This document shows, piece by piece, positions 36,994 through 44,661 of a stretch of DNA of 53,298 nt. The notes under the pieces were generated by a model. That model saw only the letters and a program-made list of their open reading frames with translations, was not told the origin of the DNA and made no database searches. Made by a program: the position numbers and the translations under genes. Each line of letters begins with the position of its first letter. Position 1 is the first letter of the stretch. Where the stretch lies: assembly GCA_022703175.1 (NCBI GenBank), contig JAKLEG010000001.1, forward strand, positions 1 to 53,298, in the 5' to 3' direction. Source of the DNA: Myxococcota bacterium. GTDB taxonomy: Bacteria > Myxococcota > XYA12-FULL-58-9.

Positions 36994-37848
36994 ATGGGCA
37001 ACGAAATAAACACTAAGCAGTTCTCTGGACATCAGGGTTTCGTCGTCAAAGATACCAATACCAACGGAGTGCTGGACGCCGGCGATGAGGTACGCAAGTT
37101 GGTGGTGGACGAAGGCGTCAAAGGCCGCGTCGACACCAAGAACGACAAGCTATCCGATACACCTGTTGCGTTCGACGATCCGGAGTTTGCGGCAGCTCGA
37201 CGTGACTTTGTCGACAAGCGCGCGGCCGTGGACGGCCTGTGGTCCAAGCTACAATCGGCAAGCAAACCAGGAGCAAAGCCACCCGAGGCGACGTTTAGGT
37301 CATTGGCTGAAAACGCCCGGCAACTCTCCAATAGCAACGCCGCGCCGCGACTGCGTGGTGAAGCAGAGCAAGTATGGTCGGCTGCAATGGGCATCATTGC
37401 GCGCGACTACTGCAGTTGGTTCTTGAGCAAGGCCGACGCTGGCGCCGAGGGCTATCGCGCCATCAAGAGCGCTGCCCTCACCGATCCTACAAACGAAAGA
37501 GCCTGGGCTGGCCTTGCCATCGCTTGGTTGCTCACCAACGAAGGCGTAAAATCCTGGGGCGATATGGGCCTGTCGAGCGCAAAAAAGAAGGGCGTCGACA
37601 TTGTCACCGATGGCCCATTGCTCGTGGCCGGCCTCAATCGCTTCCCTGAGGATGCCACGTTGCAGTTGTACCTCAAGGCCGTCCTGGATGCTCAGCAGCA
37701 AGCCGGCCGCGCAGTGGACCCCGGCGTTCGCGATGGCATCGATGCCCGCTTGCAGAGCCTAACCGCCCGCGACCCCGCCGCCGTTGCCAGTGCCCGCGCC
37801 CGCCTAGATGAATACGGCAAATCCGCTGCGGCCGCTGCCGGAAAGTAG
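36994..37848 (+). CDS. orphan cytoplasmic protein, paralogue A (EF-hand-like loop; helical C-terminal half)
   Basis: MGNEINTKQFSGHQGFVVKDTNTNGVLDAGDEV... has no signal peptide. DTNTNGVLDAGD fits a 12-residue DxNxNGxxDxxD calcium-loop pattern. Paralogous to 38014..38892. Confidence 0.6.
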   Translation: MGNEINTKQFSGHQGFVVKDTNTNGVLDAGDEVRKLVVDEGVKGRVDTKNDKLSDTPVAFDDPEFAAARRDFVDKRAAVDGLWSKLQSASKPGAKPPEATFRSLAENARQLSNSNAAPRLRGEAEQVWSAAMGIIARDYCSWFLSKADAGAEGYRAIKSAALTDPTNERAWAGLAIAWLLTNEGVKSWGDMGLSSAKKKGVDIVTDGPLLVAGLNRFPEDATLQLYLKAVLDAQQQAGRAVDPGVRDGIDARLQSLTARDPAAVASARARLDEYGKSAAAAAGK

Positions 37849-37978
37849 TTCCAAACGATCCGATCCTTGATCCTCCGAATGCCGCCGAGGCGCTATGCTA
37901 TAGCCGATCCGCAAGAGTTGGCTGGGGACCAAAGCTGACTCGAATGGCTGCAGGCTAAGCGCACACGCTTAAAAAAGA

Positions 37979-38007
37979 TTGAGAAGCGCACGGAGTTTGC
38001 GCATGAT
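37979..38007 (+). promoter_or_regulatory. duplicate of the TTGAGA-17-CATGAT leaderless-type promoter
   Basis: TTGAGA at 37979-37984, a 17-nt spacer, CATGAT at 38002-38007, and the ATG at 38014. Offset from copy 1 is exactly 1020 bp. Confidence 0.45.
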
Positions 38008-38013
38008 GCAACG

Positions 38014-38892
38014 ATGGGCAATGAGATAGATGCTAAGCGATTCTCTGGACACCTAGGCTTCGTCGTCAAAGACACCAACAACAACGGGCTGTTGGATGAT
38101 AGCGACGAGGTACGCAAGTTGGTGGTAGATGAAGGCGTCAAGGGCCGCGTCGACACCAAGAACGACAAGCTATCCGATACACCTGTTGCCGCCAACGACC
38201 CGGAGTTGCTCGCGGCTGTAAGTGACTTTGTCGACAAAAGCAAAGCCGCAAATGGGTTGCTGCGCGAAGTCTCAGAGCTCAACAAGGATCTTGAGACAGC
38301 CCGTGCCGGCAAAGGTCCCAAACCGCCCGAAGCGCGTGTGTCGAGCTTGGCAGACAACGCCCGACGCCTCCGTGAAAGCAACGCGGCACCAAGCTTACGT
38401 GCCGAGGCAGAGCTGGTATTGTCCTCGGCACTGGGACTTACGGCCGACAGCTACCGGGATTCGCAACTCGCCAAGATGGGCCCAGGCAAAGAGGCTTACC
38501 GTACCCTTAAAGACGCTGTTGCCACCGACCCCGAGAATCGAAATGCGTGGATCTTCTGCGCACACGCCTGGCTAGGCCTCAACGCCGCCATGGAATCGAA
38601 GCCCGGCTTGGTTAAATGGCTGGCTAAGCTGGCCGGTGTTAACCCCGAAGCCGATGCACGCATGCTAGCCAGCGGCATGCAGAAGTTTTCGGGCGACCCA
38701 GTTCTCCAGGTGTACCTGCTCGAAGTTCTGCGCGCCCAACAACGCGCTGGAGTAACGGTCGACGCTAAGTTGCTAACCAACATAGAATCCGGCGTGAGTG
38801 AACTGGCTATTAGCTATCCCAAGGACGTCGAGGTTACTCAGCGCGCCATCGACAAGGTACGCAGCGATGTTCTGGCCCGCGTGAGTGGCTAG
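38014..38892 (+). CDS. orphan cytoplasmic protein, paralogue B (EF-hand-like loop; helical C-terminal half)
   Basis: MGNEIDAKRFSGHLGFVVKDTNNNGLLDDSDEV... Colinear with paralogue A along its whole length. Confidence 0.6.
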   Translation: MGNEIDAKRFSGHLGFVVKDTNNNGLLDDSDEVRKLVVDEGVKGRVDTKNDKLSDTPVAANDPELLAAVSDFVDKSKAANGLLREVSELNKDLETARAGKGPKPPEARVSSLADNARRLRESNAAPSLRAEAELVLSSALGLTADSYRDSQLAKMGPGKEAYRTLKDAVATDPENRNAWIFCAHAWLGLNAAMESKPGLVKWLAKLAGVNPEADARMLASGMQKFSGDPVLQVYLLEVLRAQQRAGVTVDAKLLTNIESGVSELAISYPKDVEVTQRAIDKVRSDVLARVSG

Positions 38893-39986
38893 CTTTTCAC
38901 CGCCCGTATCACCACGCCGCTCATGCCAGCGCGCTGCAAGTCACACACCCTAAACCCCACCAACGCCGACGTTAGATCCAACGCCGCGGTAAAACGCGTC
39001 AGCAACACGCCGTTGGTGTAGTAGGCTAAATACTTGCCACTGCGAATTTCCAGCTTGTGGGTGTTGGTGACCTTGCCCGCATCGCCACGCAAAGCGGTGT
39101 CCATGCGCCAAGGCATCGGCTCAGGTTCGTTGGCCTCCTTCAATGACAACCACACCACCGTCTGACCGTTTCCCGAAACGCCAAACGTGTAGTAATCCGC
39201 GCGGGTGGTGCCCAACACCAGGCCGTAGCCGGAGTTCTGTACGCCTTTGTGCCACGTGGTGCGCCACTCGACATCCACATCGGCCGGCAGCAAACTCGGG
39301 ACAGGCACCATCTCCATCGAACACTTGTCGTTCTTAGTTTCGATGAGGTACTGGCCGTCCTTCATGTCTGCGTTGTAGTAGGTGCCATCAGGCCAAACCG
39401 GCCATTTGCGGCCATTGTCCCGAAAATCCTCAAGAAACAGCACGGGCCCAGCCGTACCTGGGCTCGAAGCGGGCGGCGATGCAGGCGGCGTCAAGGGGCG
39501 TACGGCGGGTGCCAACGACAGCAGCTCGGCCACCGCCTGATCGATCGCGCGGGCGTATAAAGATTCGTCGTCCTCTACCTCGCCCGAGCCGCGCCGGACG
39601 TTTTGCTCTTGGGTATCAATGAGGCTCAGGTTGATAAACAGGCGTTTGCCGAGCTTACGCACCGAACCAGTAAGCAGGTAGCGCGTGCCCAAGGCCCCGC
39701 CGATATCGGCCGCGCATTTCACCGCATCGCAGCCCACCAGTTCTCGCATTTTGCTCTGCTCGAACTGCGCCGAAACATCTTCGGGCGTGATCACCTGAAA
39801 CTTGCCGGCGCGCGTCACCGCGACCACCATCAGCTCCGAGAGCGTCTCGGCTTTATCGTTGCTAAGCACCTTGTTCTTGAGCGGCAGCACCAAAACGCTC
39901 GGTGGGCTTTCCGCCTGCGCGGGCGCACACATTAACACCACCAACAGGGCCCACGCCCATGAGCATCGCATCGTCATCGTCAGCAT
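38889..39986 (-). CDS. secreted two-domain protein: LpoB/CsgG-like N-terminal domain + LamG/DUF1080-like C-terminal domain (tentative)
   Basis: ORF 38889..40052. Internal Met codons at 39986/39977/39971 precede signal peptide RCSWAWALLVVLMCAPAQA. VLVLPLKN...GKFQVI...YLLTGSV..LG..LFINLSLID is an LpoB/CsgG-like pattern. The C-terminus YLIETKND...GYGLVLG...YYTFGVSGNG looks like a concanavalin-type fold. Confidence 0.45.
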   Translation of the reverse strand: MLTMTMRCSWAWALLVVLMCAPAQAESPPSVLVLPLKNKVLSNDKAETLSELMVVAVTRAGKFQVITPEDVSAQFEQSKMRELVGCDAVKCAADIGGALGTRYLLTGSVRKLGKRLFINLSLIDTQEQNVRRGSGEVEDDESLYARAIDQAVAELLSLAPAVRPLTPPASPPASSPGTAGPVLFLEDFRDNGRKWPVWPDGTYYNADMKDGQYLIETKNDKCSMEMVPVPSLLPADVDVEWRTTWHKGVQNSGYGLVLGTTRADYYTFGVSGNGQTVVWLSLKEANEPEPMPWRMDTALRGDAGKVTNTHKLEIRSGKYLAYYTNGVLLTRFTAALDLTSALVGFRVCDLQRAGMSGVVIRAVKS

Positions 39987-40081
39987 CCCCGGCGCCGGAA
40001 TTTCACACGTCTGCCGCAGTTGCGCAATGGGGGTGACGGCGATAGAGGTCATGGGCCGTGTGAATCCAAGGAGCTCAACCC

Positions 40082-41287
40082 ATGCGCACGTGGCGCGTTA
40101 GCTTTATCGCTTTGGTCTTGCCTTGCCTCGTCGCCGTGCCCAACACGGCCCTGCCCTGCACCACGTTCCTTTTGAACCAAGACGGCCCGGTGGTTGGCAA
40201 GAGCTACGACTGGAGCCTGCACGACGGGCTCGTGCTCATCAACAAGCGCAACGTCAAGAAGGTCGCGATTACCTTCGAAACCGCGCAAGTGCCGGCGGAG
40301 TGGATCTCCAAGTACCAGAGCGTGACGTTTAACCAGTATGGCCGCGAATTGCCGAATAGCGGCATGAATGAAAAGGGCCTGGTGGTGGAGGTGATGTGGC
40401 TGGACAGCAGCATCGACGAGCCAACCGACAGTCGCCCCACGGTGAACGAGTTGCAGTGGCTACAACGGTCGCTCGATTTGTATGCCTCCGTGGCGGAGCT
40501 GGTGGCGGAGTTACCCAGCGTGCGAATTGTCACGGCGTTCGGCCGACTTCATTACCTTGCTTGTGATGCCACCCTAGCCTGCGCGGCCATCGAACTGGTG
40601 TCAGGTGAGCTCGTGGTAAGCACCGGCGCAAGCTTACCCGTGGCCACCCTCACCAACAACACGTATGCAGATTCCCTCGATTATTTAAGCCAGTTCGAGG
40701 GTTTTGGGGGCACCCATCCGCTCCCATCGGGAAGTGGCTCCCTGCCCCGTTTTGCCCGCGCCGCAAGCTTGAGCCAAAACCCCACCGAGGCGACCGGCCT
40801 GGATTCAGCGGTGGCCGTCCTAGACAGCGTCTCACAAGGCAGCTTCTCCAAGTGGAACCTGATCTATTTTCCAAGCACTCGGCGCGTTTACTTCCGCACC
40901 TACAACCAACCCACGCTCAAGTGGCTAGGGTTGTCCAAGTTCGACCCGAGCTGTGACACCCCGGTGATGGCGCTGGATATTGATAGCCCGCTGGAAGGCA
41001 GCGTCACCACCGCGTTTGTGCCCTACACCTCCGAGCTAAACGATGCGCTGCTAGACAAGACGGTGGGCCCCAACCAAGCCTACCTGCCAAATGGCACCCT
41101 CGCTGTGGTGCAGCGCTATCCCGAAACCACGGTCTGCCAAAACAACGTGGTTCAAGAGCCCACGGACACGACCCACGCGGCCACCACCGACAACGACGCG
41201 GGCGGCTGCAAAAGCCAACCGGGGTCTATGATGGGAGCCCTGTTGGTCGTGAGCTTGCTTGTGGGCCGTCGGCGCACGCAGGTGTGA
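40082..41287 (+). CDS. choloylglycine-hydrolase-family Ntn hydrolase (linear amide C-N hydrolase) with MYXO-CTERM-like C-terminal sorting tail
   Basis: The signal peptide ends ...NTALP, followed by CTTFLLNQDGPVVGKSYDW. This is the nucleophile-Cys-first pattern (Cys26 codon 40157-40159). The last 28 aa, GGCKSQPGSMMGALLVVSLLVGRRRTQV, comprise Gly-Cys, a hydrophobic helix and an Arg cluster. Confidence 0.7.
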   Translation: MRTWRVSFIALVLPCLVAVPNTALPCTTFLLNQDGPVVGKSYDWSLHDGLVLINKRNVKKVAITFETAQVPAEWISKYQSVTFNQYGRELPNSGMNEKGLVVEVMWLDSSIDEPTDSRPTVNELQWLQRSLDLYASVAELVAELPSVRIVTAFGRLHYLACDATLACAAIELVSGELVVSTGASLPVATLTNNTYADSLDYLSQFEGFGGTHPLPSGSGSLPRFARAASLSQNPTEATGLDSAVAVLDSVSQGSFSKWNLIYFPSTRRVYFRTYNQPTLKWLGLSKFDPSCDTPVMALDIDSPLEGSVTTAFVPYTSELNDALLDKTVGPNQAYLPNGTLAVVQRYPETTVCQNNVVQEPTDTTHAATTDNDAGGCKSQPGSMMGALLVVSLLVGRRRTQV

Positions 41288-41295
41288 TAGCGCTG

Positions 41296-42000
41296 CTAGG
41301 TGGTGGAGGGATCGGCAAAGACCTTGGCGCAATGAATCCGCTCGGCCATGGCCTGACGCATGCTCTCTTCTTGGGCGGCCGTCGGATGACGCGCCTGACA
41401 ATACAGGTCGAACGCCTCGCGGGCCTGAATCTCCGTGTTCAACACGTCACCGCGAAACGCGAAACTCCGGGAACGTGACCAGGCCGCCTCGGCCCGTGCT
41501 TCGCAGTCAGCATTCTGCACCCAGGCCCGAATCGTCAACACCGATTGCCGATCAAAGTCGGCGCTGGCGGGCACTCCCAACGACCGCGCATGCGCCACGT
41601 TCCCGCGCACGCCCGCCCGGTTCCATCCTAGGTAATAAACCTCGCCACGGTTGGCGCTGGCCTCTAATTTATCCCAGGCAGCAGCCACCTCAATGGCAGC
41701 CACCTGTCGCTGCAGGTGAGCCAGGCTCCGGCGATGCGCACGGACGAACGGCTTAGCCACGGGTCGGCCAGCGGCTTCGATCTGTTGTTCCAGTGCTTGA
41801 TAAGCGCGTTGGGTTTTGGCGCGCGCCGAGCTCGGAGTGCGCTCACCCTCGCCCCGCTTCGCAATGCGCGTCTGCGTCACCGCCTGCTGCACCTTGGCCA
41901 ATGAGTCGCCAAGATCTTGAGCGGTGCAACCCGACGTAGAAACATCAGCAACAGCAAAGCCCATGCGAGCAGTGATCGACGACATCTGTGCCTCCGACAT
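41296..42000 (-). CDS. hypothetical protein (no signal peptide, no recognised domain)
   Basis: 234-aa ORF with balanced composition and a predicted helical N-terminal half. The start is uncertain (Met1/Met6/Met13) and there is no clear SD. Confidence 0.4.
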   Translation of the reverse strand: MSEAQMSSITARMGFAVADVSTSGCTAQDLGDSLAKVQQAVTQTRIAKRGEGERTPSSARAKTQRAYQALEQQIEAAGRPVAKPFVRAHRRSLAHLQRQVAAIEVAAAWDKLEASANRGEVYYLGWNRAGVRGNVAHARSLGVPASADFDRQSVLTIRAWVQNADCEARAEAAWSRSRSFAFRGDVLNTEIQAREAFDLYCQARHPTAAQEESMRQAMAERIHCAKVFADPSTT

Positions 42001-42125
42001 CGGCCGTGCCTAAAGACGACCTACTGTGGCGAGTATCGGCCAACACGTAGGCCCGGTTGCTTAAAATTTATCTAATTATTGCGGGGAGTTATGAAGAAAC
42101 AGGCAGAACGACGCAGACGTGGCGG

Positions 42126-42452
42126 CTAGCGCGCGGCGCGGATCGCGTTCATGGCGAGCGCCCACTCGCGGTCTTCCTTGTCGGGGGTGTTTGTGCAACC
42201 TCCCAACTTCTCGTGAATGGCGGCGGGTGTGTTGGCAAGGGTCGCTCCGGCCTTGGGAGTCGATTGCGAACCCGGAATAACGCGGTCGCGGGTCGCGAGC
42301 ATCCACTGGTAGTCTTCGTGGTCGGGGTGGTTTACGCAGCCGCCGTGAAACCCTGGGCGCACTGCGGCTTGCTCTTGGACAACCGGAGCCTCCGCAACGG
42401 TCGTGCGAGTATTCATTGCCGGCTTGCTTTGGATTGACAGGTTCAGACTCAT
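42126..42452 (-). CDS. small orphan protein with an internal tandem repeat GGCxNxPDxEDxxWxLA
   Basis: ATG at 42450-42452, with GGAG six nt upstream. Two ~25-aa repeats: GFHGGCVNHPDHEDYQWMLATRD and HEKLGGCTNTPDKEDREWALAMNA. Confidence 0.5.
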   Translation of the reverse strand: MSLNLSIQSKPAMNTRTTVAEAPVVQEQAAVRPGFHGGCVNHPDHEDYQWMLATRDRVIPGSQSTPKAGATLANTPAAIHEKLGGCTNTPDKEDREWALAMNAIRAAR

Positions 42453-42645
42453 TGTAGTCTCCACGGCGGCAACAATCCGGCCGGTTTTACGTTTGCTCTG
42501 TTGTTGGTATCGTCGCCATCGAAGAGGTGTTGCGAAAATCGCCGCACGTCGACTCTAATTATCGCCTCATGATTGCAAAAATACCTGTAAATACATGTGG
42601 TTAATACATGTTTCTGGGAGGCAGCTGAAATGTGTTGGGGAGTGT

Positions 42646-43515
42646 CTAGCGAGCGATTTTTTCGATGATGCCATTCAACTCTTCGAAGGAGCCGAATGAG
42701 ATTTCGAGTTTGCCTACGCCCTTGCGGTGATGCAGCCGGACCTTGGTGCCCAAGGCGCGTTGCAGCTTTTCTTCCACCGCCGTTTCGGCGGGGGTTTTGC
42801 CATCCTTGGGCGCTTTCTTCTTGTTGGCATCGACGATGGCACGCGCTTGGTGCTCAGCCTCGCGCACCGACCAACCGCGTTCCACAATGCTATGGGCCAA
42901 CTTTTCGATGGCGGCGTTTTCGCCCAGCGTCATCAGGGCACGGGCATGGCCGGGGGTGAGCTTGCCTTCGGCCATCAGTTTCAGCACGCCGTCGGGCAGG
43001 TTGAGCATGCGCAGGCTGTTGGCCACAGTTGCGCGGTTTTTGCCCACCGCTTGAGCCACCTGCTCTTGGGTCATGCCGTGATCACGAATGAGCCGGGAGA
43101 GTGCCTCGGCCTCTTCGAGCGGGTCGAGGTCTTGGCGTTGCACGTTTTCGACCAACGCCACCTGTAGCGCTTCAGTATCGGAGAGCTCCTTAACCACCGC
43201 TGGGATTTCGTGCAGCCCGGCTTTTTGGGCCGCGCGCCAGCGCCGTTCGCCCGCGACGATTTCGTAGGCCTCGCCTTTGCGCCGCACCACGATCGGTTGC
43301 AACACGCCTTGCTCGGCAAGCGAGTTGGCCAACTCTTCGAGCGCTGCATCGTCGAAATGCTTGCGCGGCTGCGATTTGTTGGCGTGGATTTTTTCGATCG
43401 CCAGCGACCGCAAACCTTGTTGGGACGTGCTGACGTTGGCTGCGGTGGGGATAAGCGCCGCCAGGCCTCGCCCCAAGGCCTTGCGCTGCGGATTGTCTTT
43501 GTTGGGCATTTCCAT
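42646..43515 (-). CDS. parB: chromosome partitioning protein ParB
   Basis: KALGRGLAALIP, the ParB box LQPIVVR ... IVAGERRWRAA, the HTH GMTQEQVAQAVGKNRATVANSLRML, and a C-terminal dimerisation block GKLEISFGSFEELNGI. Confidence 0.95.
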   Translation of the reverse strand: MEMPNKDNPQRKALGRGLAALIPTAANVSTSQQGLRSLAIEKIHANKSQPRKHFDDAALEELANSLAEQGVLQPIVVRRKGEAYEIVAGERRWRAAQKAGLHEIPAVVKELSDTEALQVALVENVQRQDLDPLEEAEALSRLIRDHGMTQEQVAQAVGKNRATVANSLRMLNLPDGVLKLMAEGKLTPGHARALMTLGENAAIEKLAHSIVERGWSVREAEHQARAIVDANKKKAPKDGKTPAETAVEEKLQRALGTKVRLHHRKGVGKLEISFGSFEELNGIIEKIAR

Positions 43516-43526
43516 CGTAAAACTCC

Positions 43527-44306
43527 TTACGCGGCGCTGGCCGAGGCCGGGCTATCCAAAAACTCTCGGGCCAGCTCGATGTAGCTCTGACAGCCGCGCG
43601 AGGCGATGTCGTATAGCAGAATCGGTTTGCCAAAACTGGGGGCCTCGGAGAGCCGCACGTTGCGCGGGATCACCGAGTTGAACACTTTGTTGCCGAAGTT
43701 CTGGCGCACGTCGTCGGCCACCTGCCGGGCCAAGTTGTTACGCGCATCGAACATCGTAAGCAATACGCCTTCGATCTCCAGGTCGGGGTTCGGGCCGCTC
43801 TTCACCATTTCGACGGTGCGCACCAACTGGCTCAAACCTTCGAGAGCGTAGTACTCGCACTGCATCGGGATAAGCACCGAGCGCGCAGCGCACAAGGCGT
43901 TGAGCGTGAGGATGCCTAACGACGGCGGACAATCAATAAGCACGGTGTCGTACTCATCGCCAATCGCGGCGAGGGCGTTTTTGAGCATGAAAAAGCGATC
44001 TTCGCGGGCCGACAATTCTACCTCGGCACCGTACAAGTCGGGACCACTCGGCACCACCTGCAACGTGGCCAACTCGGTATTACGACGCAGTGCGGCAATG
44101 GAGGCTTCCCCGAGCATCGCGGCGTACACCGATTGTTCCAACGGCTGCGGGGAGACCCCCAAGCCGCTGGTAGCGTTGGCCTGAGGATCGATGTCCACCA
44201 AGAGCACCTTGCGCTCGGCGGCAGCGATGGAAGCGGCGAGATTTACAGCGGTTGTAGTCTTACCGACGCCACCTTTTTGGTTGGCGATTGCAACGATCCG
44301 GGCCAT
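43527..44306 (-). CDS. parA: chromosome partitioning ATPase ParA/Soj
   Basis: The ATG at 44304-44306 gives [19 protein letters not shown] (deviant Walker A). DIDPQANAT and [10 protein letters not shown] are also present. Directly upstream of parB. Confidence 0.95.
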   Translation of the reverse strand: MARIVAIANQKGGVGKTTTAVNLAASIAAAERKVLLVDIDPQANATSGLGVSPQPLEQSVYAAMLGEASIAALRRNTELATLQVVPSGPDLYGAEVELSAREDRFFMLKNALAAIGDEYDTVLIDCPPSLGILTLNALCAARSVLIPMQCEYYALEGLSQLVRTVEMVKSGPNPDLEIEGVLLTMFDARNNLARQVADDVRQNFGNKVFNSVIPRNVRLSEAPSFGKPILLYDIASRGCQSYIELAREFLDSPASASAA

Positions 44307-44382
44307 TGCCACGCTCCTTTGCGACCGTGGCACCATAGCCGATCTCCCTGACAGGTTGCCAAGTTTTTCACCGATCTAATGC

Positions 44383-44398
44383 TGTTTCACGTGAAACA
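44383..44398. promoter_or_regulatory. parS centromere-like site, perfect 16-bp palindrome TGTTTCACGTGAAACA
   Basis: Exact match to the canonical chromosomal parS consensus, 77 bp upstream of the parA start. Confidence 0.9.
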
Positions 44399-44661
44399 GA
44401 GATCACGGCCGCGGCTGCTCATCAAGGCATGAGCGACGACACGAGCGTGGCGATTGTGGATGAGGTGTCACATCGGCCAAAGATCGTTTTGAGGTTTTCT
44501 TGGGTCGCCCCAACCCGTTGCTATCTGCGCGTAACAGGAGTAGAAGTGACGGGTATCGGTAGTTTGCACTTGTTGATATCGCACTGCCTGTTGCTGTTCC
44601 GTTATCACTGTTGCGACGCCATCCATGAACGCGCCCTGTCGGGCCGTCTAGGAGTGTTCCC

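Noticed and set aside
36994-37011. MGNEI(N/D) N-termini as eukaryote-type N-myristoylation signals, implying host-targeted effectors
   Set aside because: The evidence is only Gly2 plus a weakly permissive position 6. There is no secretion signal or secretion-system context in the window. The idea is too speculative to report as a finding.
37893-38381. 162-aa minus-strand ORF (and 37032..37397) opposite the tandem paralogues
   Set aside because: The plus-strand frames are supported by paralogue conservation, including promoter duplication. The minus-strand frames are Ser/Leu/Ala-rich shadows.
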